DNA of 64,000 bases from Mobula hypostoma (taxonomy: Eukaryota). The DNA is taken from contig NC_086097.1 of NCBI RefSeq assembly GCF_963921235.1, forward strand, positions 227,232,001-227,296,000, read 5' to 3'. The notes below the pieces were generated by a model. That model worked only from the letters and a program-made list of their open reading frames with translations, did no database searches and was not told where the DNA came from. The translations under genes and the position numbers were made by a program. Of this stretch, positions 1 to 12,587 are shown piece after piece (position 1 is the stretch's first letter; each line of letters starts with the position of its first letter).

Positions 1-1320
1 AGGAAATATTTGCGCTTACCTTTTCCATGACTTTGGTGACCTCATTCAAATGGGTAGGTTGCTGTTTGTACATCAGCCCTTCCTGCCATAAAGCTGAGCA
101 TGTGAAGTGCCTTTGTTGCCTTTCACTCTACATTTGTAGGAGTACAGGATGTGGTCATGAGTAGCTGATAGCTGCCAGTTTGATCTGTAGGATGTAAACA
201 TTATTAATGAGTTTTATGGCTAAATGTTATATGTATCTTAATGCCTTCCTGCTTCTTCAAAGGAGTGAAGCTCAAAGTTGGACTCACTAAAAAGAAGTAG
301 ATTATATATTATGGTTCAGCCAGCAGAATAGAGGGAATATGCACCCTGTTGAAGCCAGTGATGGAAACAAGGATGGAGAATTTTTATTAATGTACATCAT
401 TTGCATAGGATAAGTATTTATGTATTTCAAAGTCTTGAATTATGTTTTTCTGCACCCTTTTGTCTTCACTTAACTTCACCTGAACTTCCTGGATGAATTT
501 TAGGATTGAACATAATGATTCAGACTCCTTAGGGGCATCAGGAACATCAATGAAATTATCAGTTTTATGGGAAGGGTGGAAGAAAGAAGGATGTGGGAGA
601 GAGAAAGGATTGAAAGAAGGATATTATGAAGGGAAGGAGTATAATATTTAAACTCCATATCTCACAAAAATCATTTTTCCAACTGCTGAATAAGGCAGAT
701 TTTCGGATCACACAGAGGTTACTGCTACTGTAAATATTACAAAACAATGACATAAAATAAACAAGTAGCTGCAACAGATGAAATAATTTGCCTCCACCAG
801 GGTCAATTAGGTTGCGAATCAGCAGCAGAGCAACTGATTCATGACAGGTTTTAGTAATCTTGATTATCTTCACAAGTTTATTTAGATGCGAAACCAGGGG
901 CAGGATAGGATCCACCTCAAAGATTTTTTGGCTTTTAGTAGTCTGTCCATACTTAATCCTTTTGGCAGATTAGATTCTATCTTCTGAGAGGTTGGAAAAA
1001 TGCTCCCAATCCATTGGTATCTGAATTATTCTATCCGATTACTGAACTCATCATTAACAGCATGTATTGAACATGAATTCTTCCCCATTTTTGTCCTCTT
1101 CTGAAGATCTAAGAAGAAACTAGGGTGCTGGGGGAAACCCAAACAATCAACTGAAAAAGAAAAGTAAAAATTTTTAAAAAATTTGGAAATATTCAGCAGT
1201 TTGTGCAAAAACCTGCTTAGAAGAAAAATAGACTTAACTTTTTAGATCAATGCAAGTTTTTTCTCCTTGATGGTCCTTTTACCAGTTCCAAGAATGTTAT
1301 CAACTTAAGTTGGATGCTAG

Positions 1321-2172
1321 CAAGATGGCGCCAGTAACCAACACAACTAACGGCGACATTCTGCATACAGTTCATGAAGCTACTATTTCTTCTCCTCTAC
1401 CCCTAAACATACTTCTACCTACTACTCTGTGGGTGATTAGAGCCTGTGATTTACATTTTGATAATGTGTTTCTGGTCCGACTAAGGAATCTGATGCTTTT
1501 GCTGTCTCTGAGGGAATGCAGTGTGGTTGAGAGCGAAGTTCAGAATAGAGTGTGCAACCTGATGGTGGAGTGCGAGCCCACGATTGACTCCATTACCTGA
1601 CAATCTCGCCGATTAAGGCATTGAGCAAGATTGAAATCAATGAGGACAAAAGCAGAAGGGGAGAGGATGTTCAGTGGCATCTACCTGTGTTTGACCAGTT
1701 TCTGTCTCTTTCTCACCAGCAGCTGCCTGAGCAAGGTTCTGGAATCTTGAGTCCTGGGCAAGGTCTGATCGGCATGGTTTGTGAATTGGTCTCATTTTTA
1801 GAGGACTATGCATTTTATGTTGCATGTGGTTCTATTGTTATTTTGCACAAATTTGAGCAGGGCACTTTGACACAGACTGGATCTGCGGCCTCCAGTCAAG
1901 CGTGACATAGCGCTAAATTGAACTGAACTAAACTACACTGAATATTTCTAGACTGTTTCAAGGACTCTGTGGTTTAATGTTTAATCTTCTGTGCATTATT
2001 TGCCATTCTTCTGCTGTTTTGCGTGACTTGTTCTTTTTTTTGCGTGTTGGGTGTTTGATGTTTTCTTTGAATGGATTCCACGGTGTTTCTTTGTTTTGTA
2101 ACTGTCTGCAGGAAGATGAATCTAAGGGTTGTATACTATGTACATGTTTAGATAATAAATCTACTTTTAACC
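1321..2172 (+). mobile_element. Non-autonomous LINE-tailed interspersed repeat
   Basis: Begins caagatggcg, has an internal (aactg)n tract, ends ...gataataaatctactttt; the tail resembles the reverse complement of the 46190-46280 end. Confidence 0.45.
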
Positions 2173-3046
2173 TGGGACATTAAGTATTTAAATCTCTCTT
2201 CACAGATGCTACCTGACTGGCTGAGTATTTCTAGGACTATTTATATATGACTTGAGGTAGCCATCTTTAAAGAAATTTCCCACCTTGAATGTGAACTTTG
2301 TTGTTAGTTAACTGACAGTTCTTTGACATTTGAAGAGCTTTCTATGTAATCGTACATAAGCTATCTTTACTGGTTAACTGCAGTTTTTATCCTTTGTGAC
2401 TTCACAAGAAATGCAGCTTGTCTGAAAGCATCTAATCATAAATATGCATGTCATAAGTAAGAGTTCAGCTCACTTTAATATTCATTCCATTGTTACAGAA
2501 ACAGGAGCACTTTAACTGACACTTTACAAGGTTTTATTTTCATATTCTGGCATATTACCATCTGAAGACATGGAAGGTGCTTCTACTTCGTCAAGCAAAT
2601 CTAATTGCTTATTAATAGAGATGTAAAGCAGCAAACAGGTGCACACTCTTCATCATAGAATCTGAACTTTGACAACTCTTCCTGATTTATTACATAACAC
2701 GATCCTGCTGCTGAAGAGACAGGCTGCTGTAGCATTTTAAGAGTAACTGGATGGCTGCTTGTGATTGAATTAGGAAACAAATTCTTCCACAACATTAACA
2801 GAATACTTATCACTAGGTTGGATATGTGAAGCTGCAACAACAATTATGGGACCAAATAGGAGTTGACCATTTAGCTCTTGAACCTGTTTTGTCAATCAGA
2901 TGGATAATTCATGACAGAACTTCAAATGCATGCTCTCTCTTGTATCTTCTCATAACGGTAATAGAATCTAGCAGCATTAGTCGCTGTTTGCAGAAGGGGT
3001 TCCAAAATCCATCTTTTCCAAGAAAAGGTGGTTACTGACCACCTTT

Positions 3047-3261
3047 CAGGAACGTTTTAGGAACAGACTTCCCCTCTGCCATCAGATTACTGAACGGTCC
3101 ATGAACTCTACTTCACTATTACTCTTTTGCATTATTTCTTTAGTTTTGCTTTTTATTGTAACTTACAGTGGTGTTTCTTTTTGTCTTCCGTTGTTCTGCT
3201 GCTACAAAACACATGAAATTTCAGAATATATATCAGTGATAGTAAACCTGATTCTGATTCT
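3047..3261 (+). mobile_element. Rex1/L2-like LINE 3' end
   Basis: cccctctgccatcaga...aaacctgattctgattct tail; the same tail recurs at 14238 (minus) and about 32440. Confidence 0.55.
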
Positions 3262-3911
3262 AAATTGGAGGCTGGCACTGTCCTGGACTCAACAACCAAT
3301 GGAAACAATTTAACCTATACACTATATCCCTTAGCATCAAACGAACTCTTAAACTTCTAACTTTTAGTCAATCCAACCCTAACGTGTTACCTTCCTTCTG
3401 AACTTACGCTGAGAGCCCAGATGTCATGCTGGTAAACCAGTGCTACTGTTCTAAACTGTGTCTATCTAGAACTTTGTATGGCAATCATGCAACTTTTTCT
3501 GATTATTTTCCCTGTTAATCATTCTTGAACTCTTCTTGCCTAAAGAGAAGATACCCCTTTATTGAAATGCCTTCGAGGAGTTGACCATCCTAATTCCAGA
3601 AGCTAACCTGAAAAGTGGAACATGGTGTTTATAAACTTTCATTAAAATAAGGATAATTTAGATACTGTATACTGTGTGTATTTGTGCTGGATTATACCAT
3701 TGACTGCTGTATTTCCCCAAGATGGTTGTCATGTGCAATATTATTCCATCTGTGCCTTTTTGACTTGATTACTCCTGATTTTAAGCAATTTTCAAATTCT
3801 TACTGAAGATAATTTATAAACATTTCTTAAAAATGTTTTTTGACAACAGTCATCATTAACTCCATTCAGGTCCAAAGAATGCACTTTATTCTTAGCTACT
3901 CTCTTTCTGGC

Positions 3912-5005
3912 ACTATCCAAGTGTAGCATGACTAGTGTCTTATAAATCTTCAGTGTTATCTCCTTGCTGTTATATCCTGTTTCCCTTGAAATAAATGCCA
4001 ACATTGCATTTTCCTTCTTTACCACAGACTCAACCTGTGAACTAACCTTCTGGGAGTCTTTCACAAGGACTCGAAGATCCCTCTGCACCTCTGATGTTTG
4101 AATTTTCTCCCCATTTAGATAATAATCTACATTATTGTTCCTTTTACTAAAAAGCATTATCATATATTTCCCAACACTGTATTCCATCTGCCACATTTTT
4201 GCCTGTTCTTCCAATTTGTCTAAGTCCTGCTCCAATTGCATTGCTTCCTCAGCACCACCTTTACCTCCACATGTCTTCATATCATCAGCAAACTTTGCCA
4301 CAAAGCCATCAATTCCACTATCTAAATCATTGACAAACAATGATTCCACTATCTAAATCATTGACAAACAATGTGAAAAGTAGTGGGCTCAATACTGACC
4401 TCTGAGGAACACCACTAGTGACTGGCATCCAACAAGAAAAGGCCCCCTTTATTCCCATTTGCTGCCTTCTACCTGTTAGCCATTCCTCTATCGATACCAG
4501 TATATTTCCTGTAACAACAAAGGATTTTATCTTGTTAAGCAGCCTCATGTGAGGCACCTTAATCAAGTGCCTTCTGAAAATCCAAGTAAGTGACATCTGC
4601 TGCTACTCCTTTGTACAACCTGCTCGTTACTTCCTCGAAGAATTCTAACAGATTTGTCAGGCAAGATTTCCTTTCACAGTAAGCATGCTGACTTTGACTT
4701 ATTTTATCATAAGTCTGCAAGTACCCTGAAACCTCATCCTTAATAATGGACTCCAACACTTTCCTATTCACTGAAGTTAGGCTAACTTGCCTATAATTTC
4801 CTCTCTTTTGTCTTCCTCTCCTCTTAAAGAGTGGAGTGACATTTGCAATTTTCCAGTCCTCCAGGACCATGCCAGAATCAAGTGACCCTTGGAAGAACAT
4901 GACCAATGCATCCGTTATCTCTTCAGCAACTTCTTTCAGGACTCTGGGATGTAGTCCATCTAGTCCAGGTGACTTATCCACCTTAAGACCTTTCAGTCTG
5001 CCTAG
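3912..5005 (-). mobile_element. CR1 LINE ORF2 reverse transcriptase fragment, frameshifted
   Basis: ORFs 4559-4981, 4327-4596 and 3792-4349 carry KSPGLDG, NYRQVSLTS, YLDFQKA, SGVPQRSVL and KFADD motifs. Confidence 0.9.
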
Positions 5006-6967
5006 CTCTTTTTATTGTTCTCTTATGTGTCCTTCTACACATGTGCATAAAGTATGTGCATCTGATCCAAACTCAAGACATTACTACACAGTAACTGTAG
5101 TCAAATGCATCTGGCACTGTTACAAAGGGAGGATCCCATAACTGTTGTCAGGCTATGACAGTATTCTGCTAATGGTTGCACATAGCTGGGCACTGTGGAA
5201 ATTACCTGACTTGGGATTCAATAAAAAGTCAGGATTGATGTAAGGCACATACAAAGCAGTGCTTGTGTGGTCAACACCACCCTGAACTATGGGAAAACTG
5301 CAATCTGAGCAAAACTTTGTGCTCACTCTTTCTGCAAATCTGTGGCAAGAGGAAATTAGTTGAAATAACCTCCCTTTACACAGATGGCATCACACTGTTG
5401 CATCAGGCTGACTACAAGTTTTTTCTTACAGTGATCATTGAAAAAAAACAAATACTTAAATTAAAAGCTGGACTTGTTTTGATAAGCAATGGTTACGAGG
5501 CCCTTTGAGATTTGGCATTGTTAGGTTTTACTAACACTTCAGTAACAAACTAAAGGGGCCTCCTGAATTTCTCCTGTTTTGAAGTTTGATTAAGAAAATT
5601 TATCCCTAAACATCCTGTATAAATATCAGATCATGCTTGGGAACTTCCAGTAGGTTGTAGTCAAGCTTAGTGAGAAGGCTTTTTCTGTGTCATCATGTCT
5701 GGAAGGAACTAATTTTGGTAAAGCCTTTAAACCTCCATAACCATTTTTTATCATTCCACTCCCTGTAGACTAAAGAAACTTTACAAATATAGGTAAGATC
5801 CAAAAATGTGTAGAACACAGTAATCCATGTACTAACGTGTACCTGGCTCATGGTGCGGTGGCAGAGTCAGTGTAAGCTTAACGTCCTTCATGCTGTTGAA
5901 GACTTGATAAACTGTGAGGGGTTAAAAGAGGCCATTGGCCAGAGCATGCTGTTTGAAAATATCAATGCTGGTGTCAAATCAATGTTGCACACTGATTGAC
6001 ATTATAAACGACTTGCTCTCCATGCTGGCTGTGTGCACACAATTTCTTTTACCAAAATGGCATCCACTACAGTCCCCATCAGAGAAATTGCAAAGGTTTC
6101 TCAGCTTGAAATGTGGTTGACTCGTTGTGACAGGCATGTTGTTGATGTGAGCTATAGCATTTGTACTGTGAAGTGTAGGAAGGACAGAACTCTTTATCAA
6201 GTAATTGATGCAGCATTGATTCCACTTTGGAAGCCAGAGAACAGAGGATCAGGTCCTGCCCTGCACCACCACACTGGCACTTCGTATTCTCCATCCTTAT
6301 CTTTTTACCTCCATTTAATCATAGCTCCCATTAGCCTTGCTATAATCTATACATGGGTTAGAATCATTTGAGGCTCTTCAAAAGTATTTTGATATTTTTG
6401 TGCCATTGTTTTGTAATATTTCCCCTTAAACATTCTCATCAGTATAAATTTGAATCCTGCGCAATTTTACTTTCATTACACTAATATACTGTACACCTCA
6501 GATCAATCTTGGTACTGTAACTGGTGCTGGTTATAAGATATACTGGAGAACTGAATGCTATTTGCAATTGACCTTTCAGAAAGTATTTCTTAACTGGTTG
6601 GAAGTGACTGGAAGTGAGTGTTGGCCCTATTCTATTTTTTAAATTAGAAGAACAGTAAAAAATAATCTATGTCATTATATATTGAGCCACCAAAGAAGAA
6701 ACTTACTTGACAGTACAATGACGCAGAGCTGTAATGTGTCAGCAGAACATTCCAGAAAATTGTACAAGGTTTGTATTCTGTCTGTGAACTAAATATATTT
6801 CATTTGAAAAAGGATAGCTATATTTGCTGTCAATAATGTATTATGGATGACTGTAACTCTGAGTTCTTCGAATATATTCATGCTGAAAATTGTAATAGTT
6901 GTTAGAATTCAAGAACATAATGAATATGATTTGAAATAATGGCTGCAACGTTCAATTTTGATCTTAG

Positions 6968-7135
6968 TTCCTCCACAGAGAAAAATTCATGCAGAAGTTA
7001 AAAGAAGAAACTGTAGAGTTGACAGACCAAATAAAAAAGCAGTCCCAGGATATCAGTGCACTCAGTGCTGAGAAGCAGAAAATAGAACTGGAGATGACAG
7101 TAATTACTGAGAAGTATAGAACTGCTCAACAAGAG
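6968..7135 (+). CDS. Coding exon A of coiled-coil gene (56 aa, FLHREKFMQKLKEE...KYRTAQQE)
   Basis: Acceptor ttttgatcttag|TTC, donor GAG|gtata, open frame of 168 nt; an alternative AG at 6977-6978 would break phase 0. Confidence 0.8.
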
Positions 7136-7344
7136 GTATATTAGACTTGTCAATAAAAAATATAAATTGTGCTGTCACTCTCTCCATATTTTTATTAATA
7201 TTTGGGTAGAGTGAATTTCCTACACTGAAATTAACTAAGTTAAGATTGTTGTGTTGTTATTAAAATGTAATAGATTTTAAGTAGCTGTTAACGAAATGAG
7301 GTTAAAACGGTCATAATTAATTCTACATTGTTCTCCCAATATTA

Positions 7345-7945
7345 CAAAAAGAACAGAATGCTAGAAGAACTCAGTGGGTCAAACAACAGTTATGGAGGCA
7401 AAAAGTGTAAGATGGGACCTTGCGAAAGGACTGAGAGGGAACAGGCAGGATTGGAGGATGGGATAAAGGCTGGAGAGAGATAGATGGAACCAATTAGTTA
7501 AGTCAAGTCGAGTCAAGTCAAGTTTATTGTCATTTCAACCATAAGCTGCTGGTACAGTACACAGTAAAAATGAAACAAAGTTCCTCTAGGACCCTGGTGC
7601 TACACGAAACAACACAAGACTACACTAGACTATGTGAGACAGCACAAGGCTACACTAGACTATGTAAAACAACATAAAAACTGCACTAGACTACAGACCT
7701 GCACAGGATTACATAAAGTGCACAAAACAGTGCAGGGCAGTACAATAATTAATAAACAAGACAATTGGCACAGTAGAGGACAAATTACAATATAATAATA
7801 AATGATGTAGATGTCAGTGTAGACTCTGAGTATTGAGGAGTCTGATGGCTTGGGGAAGAAAGTGTTGCACAGTCTGGTCGATTATGGGTAGATGGAACAA
7901 AGTAGGGGGAAGGGGCTGGAGGGATGAACAAGGGAGAAGAAATAA
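7345..7945 (-). mobile_element. Penelope-like 3' repeat fragment interrupted by a LINE 3' end (about 7497-7878, (agtca)n tail)
   Basis: aatgctagaagaactcag... terminus resembles the 20626 Penelope end; reverse complement resembles 8500-8730. Confidence 0.5.
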
Positions 7946-7994
7946 ATATGCATTTTTATATAAAGATATATGCATACAGTTTATTTATGAAAAC

Positions 7995-8765
7995 CCCTCA
8001 CATATTTCCCCATTTTCCCATATGTCTGCTCTGAGAACCCTCTCCTTCATCCTGAAACCTGTCAAAAATGATAGAGTTCCCTTGGTTCTCACCTTTCACT
8101 CTGTCAGGCTCTGCATCAAACATATTCTCCTCTGCCATTTCTGCCAGCATCAATATGATCCCACTGCCAGTTATATCTCCCCGTCACCCCTATTTTCCAC
8201 TGGCATCACTGTCTTTGTGAATTAATGGTCTGATCATACTTGCCCCTTTCCAGCCCTTCCTGTCCCTGTAACTGAAGGAGTTGTAACAGCTGTCCCTATA
8301 TCTCCCTCCTCATCACCATCCAGGGATCTACAGAGTTGCTCATCCAGTTGCTACAGAGAGGCCAAGTGCAAATTGCTTCGTATGATACCTTGTATTCCAC
8401 TTGGATTGCTATGGTATGAACATTGTATTTTCTAATTTCAAGTAACCCACACTCGCTGTTCTTTCCTCGCACGTACTTACACATCCACCTAGTTTGTTTC
8501 TCCCTTTGTTCATCCCTTCTGTCCACCTTCCATCACTTCCTCTTCCAGTTCCACTTATCACCTGTCTCTCCTCCAATCCCCAACATGGTTCTATCTGTCC
8601 AATATCCTCTTCCCACCTACATTCTTTCATACTCCTCTTTGTATTGTTCCTTCTCTGTTCTGTTCTAGGTTCTCAATGTGAAACATTAATTTCCACCTTT
8701 TGCCTCCACAGATGCTCCTGAGTTCTTCATGTCTAATTATTTTTTATGGCAGAATCCAGCATTCA
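7995..8765 (+). mobile_element. Degenerate Penelope-like element fragment
   Basis: KNDRVPLVLTFH motif, typical of the region preceding the GIY-YIG domain, followed by a pyrimidine-rich 3' region ending gcctccacagatgctcctgagtt. Confidence 0.6.
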
Positions 8766-9485
8766 CCATATTCTTTGCATTCATGTCAACATTACAATTC
8801 AGCTATTGTTTCTATGATCAGTTTTCATGGTTTTTGGCAGATCGTGCTTGTTCAGGACATAGCGCAATTCTTGGCAATTTATTTAAAGCACATCACTGGT
8901 GTTTCAAAGAGCAAGAGATAATCAGTTCTAGTTAGATGTATTTTTTGTAAGCATAACATTTTAAAATCAAAGTTAAAATGGTAAATGGGGAAATTTTGTT
9001 CAGATTCATTATTACTTCCATTCATACTTGACAACCTTTGGGAAAATATGCAGAAGAATTCAGTTTAACAAACAAGACTTGTTACATGTAGCGGATGCTA
9101 AATACCAAATATAGAATTTAGGCATAGAACAGTATAACACAATTCAATACACAAGAAGAAATTTAAACAACAGTGGAATTAATTTTACAATGTACTATAC
9201 TCATGACCTTTGTAGTGCCCATTTCTAATTATTTTCTACTTTCTGTTGTGGGCACTAATATATTTTGTGGATTAGTGCTTATTGTTGCACTTTTTAATAT
9301 GCTAAACAAAGTAATGGAAATCGGCATGAGTTTTCTGCTGAATTTGACTGAATCTCTCTCCTGAATTCTGGTGGTCAATGATGTCAATAATTATTTAATA
9401 ATCCTCATTGCATAACTTCAGATGGAATTATTCAGTTTATAAGCACCTGCATATTCACATTTGTGCTGTGTTATTTGAAATCCAG

Positions 9486-9569
9486 GTCAGCAAACAAGAT
9501 GAGATTATTCTAAAACTAAAGACCGATTTGAAAACTGCAAGAGAAAAATATGGGGGAGCACAAAAAGAT
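9486..9569 (+). CDS. Coding exon B (28 aa, VSKQDEIILKLKTDLKTAREKYGGAQKD)
   Basis: Acceptor tccag|GTC, donor GAT|gtatgt, 84 nt, continues exon A in frame. Confidence 0.82.
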
Positions 9570-9834
9570 GTATGTATTCGCTGAGATTTTGATCTAGTTT
9601 TACAAATACTGATTGCTTTTCAACTGTTTAATTTCCTCATAAATTATTATCCTATTTTTACCTTAATTATGCCCCCTTACTCTGTGGTGTTATTATACTT
9701 TCTGCAATGCAGTGTAAGATACAGTAAGGTAAGATTTATTTGTCACATGTACATCAAAAAATTGAAACATACAGTGAAATGCATTATTCGCATCAACGAG
9801 CTACACAATCCATGTCTGTGCTGGGGGCAGCCTC

Positions 9835-10161
9835 TGTCAGGCTTGCACATGCAAGCTCCTCCCAGTCTCTACCCTGCTAACAGGAGTCTCCTGCCACTCG
9901 TTTACAACTCATTACCTGCAGCCTATTTAAATCGCGCCCTCATCAACAATCCTTGTTCACTGATGTGAACCAGCTAGCCTCAAACAGTTTCTCCTAGCCT
10001 TCACTTACCGTGTTGCCTTGTCATGATAAGTATCTGTTCTTGCATGTTTTGTGACCCCTTGTGGCTTGTTATTTTGTTGTTTATTATTGAAGTTATTGTT
10101 CACCACTAAATTATCTCCACTGCTCTGAGTTTGGAATAAGTCTCCTCTACGTTTCCCGACA
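9835..10161 (+). mobile_element. Solo LTR (about 327 bp) inserted into a SINE
   Basis: TGTCAGG...CCCGACA termini, flanks gcctc/gcctg (5-bp TSD with 1 mismatch), internal TATA-like tatttaaa. Confidence 0.6.
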
Positions 10162-10365
10162 GCCTGCAAGTGTCACCGTGCCTCCGGTGTGAAGATAGAA
10201 TGCCCACAATATACTCATCTTATTCTCTTGATCTTTAGCATGCGGGAGAAAACCAGAGCACTCAGAGGAAATTCTCACAGTCACGGAGAGAATGTACAAA
10301 TTCTTCACAGACAGCAGCAAGAATTGATCCCTCTTTGCTGTTGCTGTAAAGCATTAAGCTAACCA
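10162..10365 (-). mobile_element. tRNA-derived V-SINE (HE1-like) fragment; its other half is at about 9722-9834
   Basis: gggagaaaaccagagcactcagaggaaa is the reverse complement of the V-domain core. Confidence 0.55.
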
Positions 10366-10514
10366 ATATAATTTTGTTCTGTTACTCCATTTTCACGTGT
10401 ATATAAAGACATTCCACAACCATTCTGAAACCTTTTGGTTTATCGGTTAGTGTAAGCTTTGTCTCACATAATAACCTTTACACAAAAGCCAAGAGACTTT
10501 GAATTCAAGATCCT

Positions 10515-11700
10515 TATTTACTTGTTACATACACCTGTTAGGGTGCATTCTCCAGATACCTTATAAGGTAACCATAGCCTTCAGCCAGGAGCAGATGTCA
10601 TCAGGTGGTTCCCAACCTTCACAGAGTGTTTCGACCCTTAACCACGACACTCTCCAGTTGGTGGGCCGGCAGTGGTGGCCAAATCACTGCCCATCTGCTC
10701 CTGGCTTCCAGTTTCCCTCCTCTCACCTACTCCAATTCCAACAAGAGGCTCACTCTGCCTCTTCCCCCATCCTACGAGCTGCTTGTTTTTTGCTCCTTTC
10801 GTCCAGGCCCAGATCTGACAACAACCGCCATGCTGATTTGGCTGGGAAACCTCTACAGCCGATCTCCACAGGGAACAACCATGCCTGCCATCCCTTGTCT
10901 TTACACTCGTGCACTAAGGGCTGGTACTTCAAAGTTTTCTCTCATGGGCCTCTTCCCATCCCTCCTCCCATGGCACAGTCAGCTCAACCAGAATTATTTT
11001 TCTGTCTTCAGTTGACCACAGTACAATATCCAGGCGTAGGGTTGTGTGCACCACATCCAGGAACTGTAACCTCTTTCCCACATCGACCCTCATCTCCCAG
11101 GACCTGGCCGTTAGCAGCAGATTGGGCTTTGGTTGTTTGGTTACGAAAGGCCTGGCTCCCTCTTTGATGAAGGTGTTGGCCTTCCTCAAATCTGTGCCAG
11201 CCATCCTCTTCTTGCATCTCTCTCACTCTAGTGTGTCAGCAAGAGCCAGAAGCACCTTATCATGGCACCACCTATACCGTCCTTGAGTTAGAGCTTTTTT
11301 ACACCTGGACAGTATATGAGCCAGTGTCCCCTTTTGACCACAGAGCTTACAGTTTGGGTCCTCTCTCATCCCCCATGTGTACAGATGTAATGGTGAAGGA
11401 AGGGTGTCATACACGGATCGCAAGAGGAAGGAAATACAGAAGGGCTCCAGTCTCCATAACTCTGCCCATGAGATCTTGCGCTTGGGCAGATCCCATTTTG
11501 TCCAGGCACCCTGGGACCCTTGTTTCACTGCCTTTGACATCTGCTTCTTTTCCTCATTAAAATCTCTCAAGCTTAATAAGGCTCTGCATTTTGCCACCTT
11601 GAATTCCTCCACAACAGATGACAGGGGAAACTGCAGTTGCCCAGATCGAATACAGAGGCCCACTGAAGAGAAGCTTGGGGGACGTAAGCCCCAAAAAATT
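10515..11700 (-). mobile_element. Hero/NeSL-type non-LTR retrotransposon, 5'-truncated, with zinc knuckle and restriction-like endonuclease
   Basis: CKLCGQKGTLAHILSRC...RYRWCHDKVL, then LDIVLWS...ILVELTVPWEE...KY...FPVEIGCRGF across ORFs 11223-11717, 10929-11204 and 10750-10932. Confidence 0.85.
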
Positions 11701-12587
11701 GACATGAGCAAATCCATTGATTCGGGGAAGAGGCCGAATTATCTAGGGTGCTGCTTTGAGATTCAGATATTAAATAGATTTCCTTTAAGACTTTTAAGAT
11801 TGACAGAAAAAATCCCGTAGCACTACTCTGAAGAAAATAGAACAAGTGAGATATCTTAGAATCCCTGGTCAAAACCTATCCATCACTCCACATTCATTTA
11901 AAAAAACATAATTTGTTTATTATCATATTAGTACGTGTGGGAGCTTATTATATATAAACTACCTGCTTTGTTTCCTATGTTACATGATTGTCTACAAATC
12001 TTTTAAAAAAGTATCTTTGCTTATTAATTACTTTAGAGCATTTTGAAAAGCCTATGAAAAGACATACTACAGAAGTGCAAGTCTTTCATTGTCAATAGAA
12101 ATATCTCTATTTACAGAATGAAAAAAAACAAAAATTATCTTCAACTGTTTGCGGCTTGACTTCTCCCAACTTCTGGCTGTGGCTGAATACCATGGTTCTC
12201 TCCAACCTCACCTCCCCTCAACCCTGTAGTGCTACTTTCACTCCTTCGATGTGTTTCCAACCTTTTGCTCAGAGCACATACGTAAATATGTTGCCACTTC
12301 CTGGCTTCAGCCATGCGTCATCACACATTCACAACCCCTGGAGCATTTTGCTTCATTAATCCAAACTTGTCTGCCCAGTTAAGTTAGAGTCCAATTTATG
12401 CTGGCACATGATTGCATGAAAGCCCTGACACTAACCTACTGGTCTACCAGCTAACATTGGTATCAAACAATTAAGCATCATAACACCAATACTTCTCAAT
12501 GTTTTTGCCAAAACGTTGCAGCTCATCTCACCTCTTACAAACTTCCTTTGGAGTGAAGTTGTAATTCAGAGCCAATAGGAAACTGTT

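Noticed and set aside
565..915. 116-aa minus-strand ORF or an upstream exon
   Set aside because: No motif, no coiled-coil character and no convincing splice sites.
5190..6370. Cluster of short ORFs that might be a decayed element or exon
   Set aside because: No family motif or termini could be recognised.
7610..7700. Repeated ctacactagacta units as a CRISPR-like array
   Set aside because: Short degenerate repeats inside a LINE 3' UTR in eukaryotic DNA; no cas genes.
10583..10640. CUGAUGA plus GAAAC in the Hero 3' end as a canonical hammerhead
   Set aside because: GAAA does not follow the stem II partner strand, so the required three-way junction cannot be drawn.
10499..11167. 222-aa plus-strand ORF
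   Set aside because: Antisense shadow of the Hero element; no recognisable motifs.
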